This document shows positions 8,408 to 16,124 of a stretch of DNA of 34,011 nucleotides, one piece after another. Position numbers and translations under genes: made by a program. The notes beneath the pieces were generated by a model. The model was not told the DNA's origin and ran no database searches. It saw only the letters and a list, made by a program, of their open reading frames with translations. This DNA is from Myxococcales bacterium (GTDB taxonomy: Bacteria; Myxococcota_A; Bradymonadia; Bradymonadales; Bradymonadaceae). The stretch lies in the NCBI GenBank assembly GCA_007120615.1, contig SKNI01000405.1:1-34011 (forward strand). The letters are read 5' to 3'. Numbering within the stretch: the stretch's first letter is position 1; the number at the start of each line of letters is the position of its first letter.

Positions 8408-9388
8408 TCACCACCGGAAGTGGGCTGCCACACCGGTGGGGGAGACCTGCCAACGAAGACCTGCTCCGAGGTCTTCATCGGGCGTGCTGTCAAAGTCCAC
8501 GAACGTAAGGATTGCGCCGGTGGTGATGAAGGCGGCGCCACCGATATAGAGGAAGAGAGTGGTATTTCGGGCCGAACTACCGGCGGCTTCCAATTCGTCG
8601 ACACGGTTCCAGTCGGCGGCATCCCGGGCCTGGGCGATTTCACTGGCGCGATTGCCGGCGCGGGAATCCAAAAGAGCCCCGCCAATGACCATGGCCGTGC
8701 CCACGCCGAGGGCCGCGTAGCCGGCGTAGTCCATCATCGCTACAGCTTCGGGGTCATCCTGGGGGCCCACGGGCTCAGGGGCTTCGGCCAAAGCCACGGC
8801 TGTGGTGGAGCTGTCGTCAGGATCGACCTCGGAGGTGAACTCGCCGGGGTGATATCCCTCTGCGCTTACGTGGAGTTGATATTCGCCGACGGGAAAGTCT
8901 TGTGAGATGGGGCAGGTGAGCACTTCGTCCACACCGTCCCCGCGGACTCGCACGGTAGCGGTTGAAGGGTGGCAGCGTACGCGCAGCGGAGAGAGGGTGA
9001 CACAGTCCGTCAGGGCGTCGCGGCTCTCCGAGATCGAAGCGCGGGTGTCGTCGTCGATGTCTTCACGGCCTAGAAGGTGAGCAAATTCTTCTTCAGCCTT
9101 CTCACAGCGGCTCCAATCCATATAGGCTTGAGCGACGCGTATGGAGATCCGCGGGTGATCGATGATTTCGCGGGCGGCCTGGAGCTCGCTGATAGCTTCC
9201 TCAAACTCGGACTGATTGAGCAACTCGCCGCTGCGTAGAACGTGCGCCTCAAATGCTTCGTACTCTTCTGGCGAGACCTCCTGGGCTGCAACTTGGGATG
9301 CCGAAAAAAGGGCGGCCACAGAAATGGTGGCGGCAATGGCGACCGATCGAAATGAGGCAACCGTCCCTCGATGTTTGATTACGCTCAT
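8408..9388 (-). CDS. secreted, C-terminally membrane-anchored protein with TPR-like helical region and PEGA-like domain
   Basis: Start moved to ATG 9388 (GAAGG upstream, 8 nt after the kinase stop). This gives the signal peptide MSVIKHRGTVASFRSVAIAATISVAALFSASQVAAQE. It also has a helical repeat region, a PEGA-like beta segment (RVRCHPSTATVRVRGDG...GEYQLHVSAEGYHPGEF), and two C-terminal TM helices (YAGYAALGVGTAMVIGGALL, LFLYIGGAAFITTGAILTFV). Confidence 0.7.
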   Translation of the reverse strand: MSVIKHRGTVASFRSVAIAATISVAALFSASQVAAQEVSPEEYEAFEAHVLRSGELLNQSEFEEAISELQAAREIIDHPRISIRVAQAYMDWSRCEKAEEEFAHLLGREDIDDDTRASISESRDALTDCVTLSPLRVRCHPSTATVRVRGDGVDEVLTCPISQDFPVGEYQLHVSAEGYHPGEFTSEVDPDDSSTTAVALAEAPEPVGPQDDPEAVAMMDYAGYAALGVGTAMVIGGALLDSRAGNRASEIAQARDAADWNRVDELEAAGSSARNTTLFLYIGGAAFITTGAILTFVDFDSTPDEDLGAGLRWQVSPTGVAAHFRW

Positions 9389-9398
9389 AGAAGAACCT

Positions 9399-11279
9399 TC
9401 AATCATTGAACAGATGTTGATCGATGAGATTATCGACATCGACGACACCTCTCGATTCGGTGTCATTGGATTCAGCAGATTCCGATCGGGTAGAAGTGTT
9501 GGTCCGTTGTGAGGGGGCAGAGGTGGGTCTGTCGGCGGCGACGGCTCGTTGGCGGACTTTTGGCTTCAACTCGACGAGAAACTCCTGAGAGGTGCCGGAG
9601 AGTTCGATGGACTCGCTGTGATACCCATCTTTGCGGAGGCGAAGGGAGCCGGGATTGTCTTGCGGAGCGAATTCCACCTCAAAGGTGGTCGTTCCGAGGC
9701 GCTCGTTTCCGGAGTAGACAGACGCTCCCGAAGGGTCGGATTCCACACGCACAAAAGAGAGTTCGATGGGTGCTTCTTCTGGTTCTTCGTCGTCATCTAG
9801 CTCGGCCGCAGCCAGGAGATCTTGTTCATCATCGGCGGGCTCAGGTTCATCATCGGCGGCGAGGAGTTGTGGCTCAACGCTGGAATCCTCGGCGCTTGCT
9901 TCTTTATCATTGCTTATCATCCAGCCGACGCCCAATGCCCCCACCAATAGCAGTACGACGGCGCCGGCCATGACCGCGATGGGCCTGGTATTTGCCCTGG
10001 GAGTGGGGGCAGGGGGCGCACTCGGTGCGGGAGAGACCAAGTCGACGGAGGGGGCCGGTGGGTCCGGGGCGGGCGAGGAGTCCTCGTCGTATCTTTGGTG
10101 TTTTTGCTTTGCTGAGGGCCGAAGGACCTTTGTGGGGCCCACGTCGAAATCGTCGAAATCGTCGTCGTTAGAGCTCGAGATGCCTCCGCCGGGCACCGGT
10201 GGTGGAACTTGTCTCGGTGGAACTTGCCTCGGTGGCTCTTGCTTTGGTGCAGGTGCAAGGGATGCGATGACGTGTTGGGGTAAGTCGCGCAAGACGGCGA
10301 GATTTCGCTCCTCCTGGTCAAAGACTTTTTCCAGGATGGTGGAAGAAAGCCGGGAGTTCGGCTCCGCCAATACCTTATCTCCTACAGACAATTTCGGAGG
10401 GATTTTGAAGCGAACGTCCTTCAGGGCCAGATACATCTCGTCGGCATCGGCATAACGATCATCGGGATGTTTGACCGTGGCTTTTCGAATCACGGGTCCC
10501 AGGGCGGACTCGGAGATGGCCCGGGGCAGTGCGAGAGGCTGCTTGAGGTGGAGCAGTAGTGTTTCGGCGAGCCCGTTGCCCACGAAGGCGCGTTGTCCGG
10601 TGATCATCTCCAGGATCACCAACCCTGCGGCGTAGACGTCTGCGGCTTTATAATTGATGCTCTTATCATTGAACATCATCTCGGGAGCGATAAACGAAGG
10701 AGTACCGGTGACGCTTCCGGCGGCGGTCATCTGAGTGGTGTTGGTGTTGATGAGCTTGGCGACACCGAAGTCGAGTAGCTTTACGTCGTCTTCACCACGG
10801 CGCGTCTTACAGACGAATACGTTGGCGGGCTTGATATCACGGTGGACCACGCCCTGGCTGTGAGCTTCGGCGAGTCCATCGAGCATCTGCAGGCCGATCG
10901 TAAGTGCCCGTGAGACCGGCAGGGGAGCCTCGCGTTGGATGATGTCCTGTAACTCCTCACCCTCCAATAACTCCATGACCAGGTAAAGGACACCATCTTT
11001 GGTCTCTCCTACGTCATATACGCGCACGATGGAGTTGTGATCGAAGAGCGTGGCGACCTTGGCCTCACGGCGAAAGCGGGCTGCAAAGTTCTTCTCGGTG
11101 ACGATGTGTGGGTGCAAGATTTTGACGGCAACCTGTCTGCCCGTGCGCAGTTGCTCCGCCTTCATGATCACTCCCATCCCACCCGTGGCAAACGCTTCGC
11201 CGAGGCGATAGCGATTGTCGATGACGTCCCCGGGATATGGTAGCCGGGCAATTTTCGGCTTTTTACCCTCAATGGTCAT
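9399..11279 (-). CDS. membrane Ser/Thr protein kinase (Hanks type) with extracytoplasmic PEGA domain
   Basis: Kinase motifs: GGMGVIMKA...VAVKIL, HRDIKPANVF, DFGVAK, GTPSFIAPE. A Pro-rich linker carries a PPRQVPPRQVPP tandem, followed by one TM (IAVMAGAVVLLLVGALGVGWMI). The C-terminal VESDPSGASVYSGNERLGTTTFEVEF...LRLRKDGYHSESIEL is PEGA-like. Start set at ATG 11279 (MTIEGKK...), because the longer ORF (to 11417) would overlap the upstream gene's stop at 11393. Confidence 0.9.
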   Translation of the reverse strand: MTIEGKKPKIARLPYPGDVIDNRYRLGEAFATGGMGVIMKAEQLRTGRQVAVKILHPHIVTEKNFAARFRREAKVATLFDHNSIVRVYDVGETKDGVLYLVMELLEGEELQDIIQREAPLPVSRALTIGLQMLDGLAEAHSQGVVHRDIKPANVFVCKTRRGEDDVKLLDFGVAKLINTNTTQMTAAGSVTGTPSFIAPEMMFNDKSINYKAADVYAAGLVILEMITGQRAFVGNGLAETLLLHLKQPLALPRAISESALGPVIRKATVKHPDDRYADADEMYLALKDVRFKIPPKLSVGDKVLAEPNSRLSSTILEKVFDQEERNLAVLRDLPQHVIASLAPAPKQEPPRQVPPRQVPPPVPGGGISSSNDDDFDDFDVGPTKVLRPSAKQKHQRYDEDSSPAPDPPAPSVDLVSPAPSAPPAPTPRANTRPIAVMAGAVVLLLVGALGVGWMISNDKEASAEDSSVEPQLLAADDEPEPADDEQDLLAAAELDDDEEPEEAPIELSFVRVESDPSGASVYSGNERLGTTTFEVEFAPQDNPGSLRLRKDGYHSESIELSGTSQEFLVELKPKVRQRAVAADRPTSAPSQRTNTSTRSESAESNDTESRGVVDVDNLIDQHLFND

Positions 11280-11392
11280 GTATTCATGTCTGTGGCGAGT
11301 TGACTCTTCGCACAAAAAGAGCCTTTTCATCAACAAGTAGTTTCGAACGCAAAGGGTATCACAGCGACCGGAAGAGGGGCAAAGAAAACCAC

Positions 11393-13747
11393 TCATAACC
11401 CACTTGAGGGTTGCCATTGAAGAAGGGGACGGGGATTGCCGTCACTGGCCGCACCGATTTCCCACGTGTCGACGAAGTCAAAGCCGGTGAAGTTTGTGCT
11501 CGTGTCGAATTGGTCTGTGGTGAGACCAACGCCATCTCCGCTGCTGCCGCTGTTGGGCTGTCCCGAGGACTCCGTGTCCCAGTAGATATTGAAATATTCT
11601 GCGATATCGCTGGTGGCGCCGGTCATCCCGCCTTCCCCCAAATCGGTGACCGAGACGGCACCGTAGGCGTAGCTATTTTCCATGATGCTGTTATTCCACC
11701 CCGTGATGCCGCCGGCAGCAGAAGTGGCAGAAGCTGAACCGGATGCATAGGAGTCGGAGATGGTGCCGTCGTTGGAGTTTTGTCCGGTGAGTCCCCCGGC
11801 GTATTCATCCTCGGCAGTGGCGTCTCCGCTGGCATAAGAACGTTCGATGACTCCCTCGGAGTTGACCCCGGCGAGTCCACCGGCAGCATTGGCAGCTTCG
11901 GCATTTCCCGATGCCCAGGACTCCGAGATGAGTCCTTGATTCTCCCCGACGAGTCCCCCGGCGATGATATTGGTGGCCGTGGCCATCCCCGAGGCAAATG
12001 AGTGAGTAACTCTGTGATTGGACCATCCAACCAGGCCGCCCACGGCATCCACACCGAAGGCGTTGGCGTCGGAGTTGCTGGTGGTGACGATGCTGTCCGT
12101 ATTCCATCCGACCAGGCCTCCCACGCCTGCGTTTCCGGTGATCGTTCCCGATGACTGAGAAGATTGGATTTCGGCGTCCTCGATATTTCCCGCGAGGCCG
12201 CCGGTGCGGTCATTTCCGGTGACGTCGCCGTTGGAGGTGCTGTTCGTAATTTCACCGCCGTTGAGAAAGCCTACTAAGCCACCGATGGCGTTGCCACTTT
12301 CAGCACTAACGGTGACGTTCGTAGAGGAGTCCTTGATCTCGCCGAGCGCGATGCCCACGAGGCCTCCCACCACATCACCTTCCCCGGTGATGGTTGCCAG
12401 CAGGGCATGAGAGTCCAGAATCGTTCCATTGGAGCGACCGGCCACTCCGCCCACGATGGCGGCGCCGCCATCGACGGAGCCCGATTCAAGGGTGACTCCC
12501 GACAATAGGCCGTTATTTTCGCCGACGATACCACCGACCCACCCGCCGCTTGCCGCGATATCACCGGAGGCGGAGACGTTGGTGACGTTGCCACGGTTTC
12601 GTCCCGTCAGCGCTCCAGCCCGTTGGGCACCTGTGATATCTACATTCTCCAGGTGGAGGTTTTGGACCACTCCGTCGACCCCGATATGGGCAAAGAGCCC
12701 CACATAATTGGTGGTTGCCTGAGAAAGGCGGAGACCAGAAATCGTGCGACCCTGCCCATTGAATATGCCTTCAAACCGATTTTGCGAAGACCCGATCGTC
12801 TCTGCGTCTCCTCCTCCAAGGTCGATATCGTTCATCAACACGAAGGAGTCCGACAAGAAATTACTGGCCGCCATCAACTCCAGGAGGTCGTCATCTGTAC
12901 AGATGCGCCATGGGTCAGGGATCGTGCCGGCGCCGCCGCTGAAGCTGTCGGCGTTGGGTTCACATTCCGGCTCTTCCATACAGATTCCGAGGATGCAGAC
13001 CTCGTCGCCGGCACAGGATAAGTCGCATTCTCCACAATTTTCCGGGTCATCTTGAAAGTCCATGCACAGGTCGTTGCATTCCTCAAAGCCTGAAGCGCAC
13101 TGGCACTGGCTATCTTCACAGACTTCGTTGTCGTCGCAGCTTTCACCGCAGGCGCTGCAATGAGCGGGGTTGGTGCTGAGATCGATGCAGATCGGCTCCG
13201 TGGGGCAGAGAGTTTCGGGTTCGGCGCACTCCAGCGGCTGGCACGAGCCTGCTTCACAGACTTCGCCGAGATCACAACTCGTTTCACAGGTACCACAAAA
13301 CTCTGAGTCCACGAGAAGGTCCACACAGACTTCGCCGCATCTCGTCAGTTCGGGGTCGCAATTGAAATCACAGACTCCGTCCAGACAGGCCGCAGTAGCA
13401 CCGGAGGGGGCGCTACATTCGTTGTCACATTCTCCGCAATGTTCGGGATCTAGTAGTAAGTCCGCGTCGCAGTCACCGGAGTCACCGTCACCGGAGTCAC
13501 CGTCACCGGAGTCAGCGTCACCGGAGTCACCGTCTCCTGCATCCAGACCGGCATCGGGAACGAAGGCTTGATCTACGCAGATCCCATCACGGACAAGCAC
13601 TCCACCTCCGGGGACGCAGCGCTCACTGGCTGCACAATCATTGTCGGAACGACATTCTGCTTGATCCGAGAGGGTACAGGCCGTCACGGCGAACAGGCAG
13701 AGTAGCCCTGTGATGAGACGAGCAAAATCCTTAAGGGGCGTGCCCAT
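11393..13747 (-). CDS. large surface lipoprotein: acidic Asp/Gly linker, CGxC-type Cys-rich repeats, long array of GLUG-motif repeats
   Basis: Start set at ATG 13747 (AGGATAGGAA upstream), giving the lipobox MGTPLKDFARLITGLLCLFAVTAC. Four Cys-rich repeats follow (DPEHCGECDNEC, DSEFCGTCETSC, NPAHCSACGESC, DPENCGECDLSC). Then come more than 15 repeats of the type (V/A)GGLVG-N-G-I-(N/S)-S-(Y/A)ASG, e.g. VGGLVGWNTDSIV, AGGLVGENQGLISESWASG, AGGLAGVNSEGVIERSYASG, AGGLTGQNS. These are characteristic of the GLUG motif family. Confidence 0.85.
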   Translation of the reverse strand: MGTPLKDFARLITGLLCLFAVTACTLSDQAECRSDNDCAASERCVPGGGVLVRDGICVDQAFVPDAGLDAGDGDSGDADSGDGDSGDGDSGDCDADLLLDPEHCGECDNECSAPSGATAACLDGVCDFNCDPELTRCGEVCVDLLVDSEFCGTCETSCDLGEVCEAGSCQPLECAEPETLCPTEPICIDLSTNPAHCSACGESCDDNEVCEDSQCQCASGFEECNDLCMDFQDDPENCGECDLSCAGDEVCILGICMEEPECEPNADSFSGGAGTIPDPWRICTDDDLLELMAASNFLSDSFVLMNDIDLGGGDAETIGSSQNRFEGIFNGQGRTISGLRLSQATTNYVGLFAHIGVDGVVQNLHLENVDITGAQRAGALTGRNRGNVTNVSASGDIAASGGWVGGIVGENNGLLSGVTLESGSVDGGAAIVGGVAGRSNGTILDSHALLATITGEGDVVGGLVGIALGEIKDSSTNVTVSAESGNAIGGLVGFLNGGEITNSTSNGDVTGNDRTGGLAGNIEDAEIQSSQSSGTITGNAGVGGLVGWNTDSIVTTSNSDANAFGVDAVGGLVGWSNHRVTHSFASGMATATNIIAGGLVGENQGLISESWASGNAEAANAAGGLAGVNSEGVIERSYASGDATAEDEYAGGLTGQNSNDGTISDSYASGSASATSAAGGITGWNNSIMENSYAYGAVSVTDLGEGGMTGATSDIAEYFNIYWDTESSGQPNSGSSGDGVGLTTDQFDTSTNFTGFDFVDTWEIGAASDGNPRPLLQWQPSSGL
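13472..13531 (-). repeat. in-frame 15-nt tandem repeat x4 inside the GLUG lipoprotein linker (encodes GDSGD-type units)
   Basis: Plus strand reads GTCACCGGAGTCACC | GTCACCGGAGTCACC | GTCACCGGAGTCAGC | GTCACCGGAGTCACC, with one substitution. Confidence 0.9.
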
Positions 13748-14150
13748 TATAATTCCTATCCTGGTACAAGGATTTTTCGGGTTATTGACCATGCCCAACG
13801 TTATCATGGCAGTCCTGAAAGAATCAATCTTTGCACCCTTTGCACCCACCGCATCCGGAAAGCCCCGATGTACGCCAGGCCACCCTATAATAGAAGATTC
13901 TTCGCGTACTGAGCCCGGCTCGTTTAGGCGCCGTTCGGAAGTATTATATTTGTCCTCACCAACGCCTGGCGCCGCAACTACCTGCGTAGCCCAACTATGC
14001 CCAACCCCCAGGCTTGCCAGGGGGATTAGACCGACGCGAACCCACAGTGCGTCGACCCAACAGACGGACAGAGCCTCATTTGCGTCGCGATGAAATCTCA
14101 TGAATAATGCGGGCCGTTAGATATCGTACCTGTAGAGATCTAGGAGAGCC

Positions 14151-16124
14151 ATGCAGATTGGTAGAATGTCGGGCGTCGGTCGCATTATTATGTGTTCTAT
14201 GGTGGTAATGTTTTTGTTCGGCTGTGGGTCAGAGGAGGTAGATGATCCCAACCAGCAAGAGATTGAGGGCGATGCCGATGGTGACGGTGATGCCGATGCC
14301 GACGGTGATTCAGATGCCGACGGTGATTCCGAATACGAATCTCCCTGTCCCGATGGTCTGGACGAGGTGGATGATGAGTCCGACTGTCTGATCGATAACG
14401 CCTATTGCGAAGAGGTGGACGGGGTGTGGTGTACCGGGCCCGCTGAAAGTGAGCCCGTGCTCTTGGAGCCCGACGAGGCGCTCGAGACCGATCAGGATGT
14501 GCCGCTGTCGTTCGTGGTCGATGGGCACGCCGGCGATGTCGGTGGTGTGCTCCAGATCAACGTCGTGTCCGGTCCGAACCATGGAACCCTGACGCCCACC
14601 GAGGGAAATCCCCCGCTGGAGCTCACCTACACGCCGGACGATGGCTTTTACGGGGACGATGAAATTGAGCTTAGAGGCTCAGTTGACGACGGAACTACGA
14701 CGGAGTTGTTGCGTCTTCCGATTCTTGTCCATCAGGTCAACACCGCTCCGGAGATCACGTCGATTCCGAACCAGGTCGTGGCGCCCTCCGGTTCGACGGG
14801 GCCGCTGGAATTTACGGTGACCGACGCCGAGACGGCCGCCGAAGACCTTGAGGTGAGCGCCGAATCCCTGGACCCGACCATCCTCCCTCAGGATCAGATC
14901 ACCCTCGGGGGAAGCGGAGAGAATCGGACGATCGAGGTAGAGGCCGGCGAGGAATTTGGCACGGTAACGGTGGTTGTCACCGTATCGGACGGTGATCTTG
15001 AGGCGAGCACCGAGTTCGACGTGCGGCTGACCGAATTCTGTCCTCTGATGACCTATGATTGTGCGACGGGCTGTTGCCCGGCCGAAAGCCACGTGGTGTC
15101 GCAGCAGCGAGGCACTTATCCCTTCCTCGACGTCGATGACGATGACAACGTCTATATCACCTTCGCTCATCCTTCGAGCTCCGCCTGGGGCACGGGACTT
15201 ACGGTTTATACGGCGGAGACCGGGGAGTGGGATTTCTTCTCTTACGGCAGCGGAAATACCCGCCCCAGCATCTTTGTGGCGCCCACGGGCCGCGTGCACC
15301 ACAGCTATGCTCGGCGATCGGGGTCGGTCTATTATCAATACTCCGACGACCAGGGGCAGTCATGGCTCCCGCTGGACGGCATCCCGGGCACCCTTCGGAT
15401 CGGTGGCACCTGCACCATGAGTGCCGATAGCGAAGACGACCCCCATCTAATCTGCGGCATGGACGGCAGCCTGGCCAACCAGGGAATTCCACGCCATATC
15501 ACCTGGGACGGAAGCCAGTGGAATAGGACCCTCGCCGACTTCGACGCTTCCATCGGGCGCCAGCCAATTATGCACATGGGCTTTGCCGATCGGATGCATG
15601 TTGTACACACCTACGGCCCGACGGATTCGAGCCTTCATTATAGCTACGAGACCACCGATCAGTGGATCACCGAAGCGGTGCCGATTCCCGACGGATATCG
15701 CACCTGGTCGGCGGACCGAAGAATCGGCTTTATCCTCGCCGATAACGACGAGGCTCATATCGCTGTTGGTCTGCGTTCTGTCGACGTCGCTGAATTTCAG
15801 ATCTGGTACGGAGTGCGAACCATCGACCCCGATACCGGCGTCGGCGAATGGACCCTGGAAGTGGCGATCCCCAATGCTGATATGGCCGAAAATACCCACC
15901 CCGATGTCTCCCTCGATCTCGACGACCAGGGCACCCCCGTCATCATGACCAATATGGGTACGGGAGCCTTCCGAGATGGCTCCGGTCAGTGGAATACCAT
16001 CCAGACCGAAGAGGAGGTCCATGACGTGGCCGCCCATAATGGAAAGGCCTATATCGTCTTCCCCGTCGATGGTCAGAACTATGACGCTCAACGAGTTCAT
16101 CTCTCGGTGATCGAGCTGGAGTGA
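14151..16124 (+). CDS. surface lipoprotein: acidic Asp/Gly linker, two Ig/cadherin-like domains, C-terminal BNR/Asp-box (sialidase-like beta-propeller) region
   Basis: AGGAGA 6 nt upstream of the ATG. Lipobox VVMFLFGC and linker GDADGDGDADADGDSDADGD. Ig-like modules: PLSFVVDGHAGD...INVVSGPNHGTLTP...LTYTPDDGFYGDDEI and NTAPEITSIPNQVV...LEFTVTDAETAAEDLEVSAES. There is an Asp-box-like YQYSDDQGQSW, and the C-terminal half has repeated beta-strand character. Confidence 0.85.
   Translation: MQIGRMSGVGRIIMCSMVVMFLFGCGSEEVDDPNQQEIEGDADGDGDADADGDSDADGDSEYESPCPDGLDEVDDESDCLIDNAYCEEVDGVWCTGPAESEPVLLEPDEALETDQDVPLSFVVDGHAGDVGGVLQINVVSGPNHGTLTPTEGNPPLELTYTPDDGFYGDDEIELRGSVDDGTTTELLRLPILVHQVNTAPEITSIPNQVVAPSGSTGPLEFTVTDAETAAEDLEVSAESLDPTILPQDQITLGGSGENRTIEVEAGEEFGTVTVVVTVSDGDLEASTEFDVRLTEFCPLMTYDCATGCCPAESHVVSQQRGTYPFLDVDDDDNVYITFAHPSSSAWGTGLTVYTAETGEWDFFSYGSGNTRPSIFVAPTGRVHHSYARRSGSVYYQYSDDQGQSWLPLDGIPGTLRIGGTCTMSADSEDDPHLICGMDGSLANQGIPRHITWDGSQWNRTLADFDASIGRQPIMHMGFADRMHVVHTYGPTDSSLHYSYETTDQWITEAVPIPDGYRTWSADRRIGFILADNDEAHIAVGLRSVDVAEFQIWYGVRTIDPDTGVGEWTLEVAIPNADMAENTHPDVSLDLDDQGTPVIMTNMGTGAFRDGSGQWNTIQTEEEVHDVAAHNGKAYIVFPVDGQNYDAQRVHLSVIELE

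Noticed and set aside
10142-10235. Short in-frame repeats in the kinase linker (GTCGAAATC x2 encoding DDFDDFD; a 15-nt unit x2 encoding PPRQVPPRQV)
   Set aside because: These are real but are ordinary low-complexity linker repeats with only two copies each. They are noted under the kinase feature rather than as a finding.
13829-13846. Sigma-54 promoter (TGGCAC-N5-TTGCA) in the divergent region
   Set aside because: The TTTGCACC repeats give the wrong GG/GC spacing on either strand, and there is no TGGCAC element.
13748-14101. N-terminal extension of the GLUG gene to 14101, with similar extensions of 9399..11417, 8408..9466 and 20132..21334
   Set aside because: The extensions lack coding character and would overlap upstream genes or promoters. 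Internal ATGs with good RBS give canonical signal peptides, lipoboxes or a kinase N-terminus.
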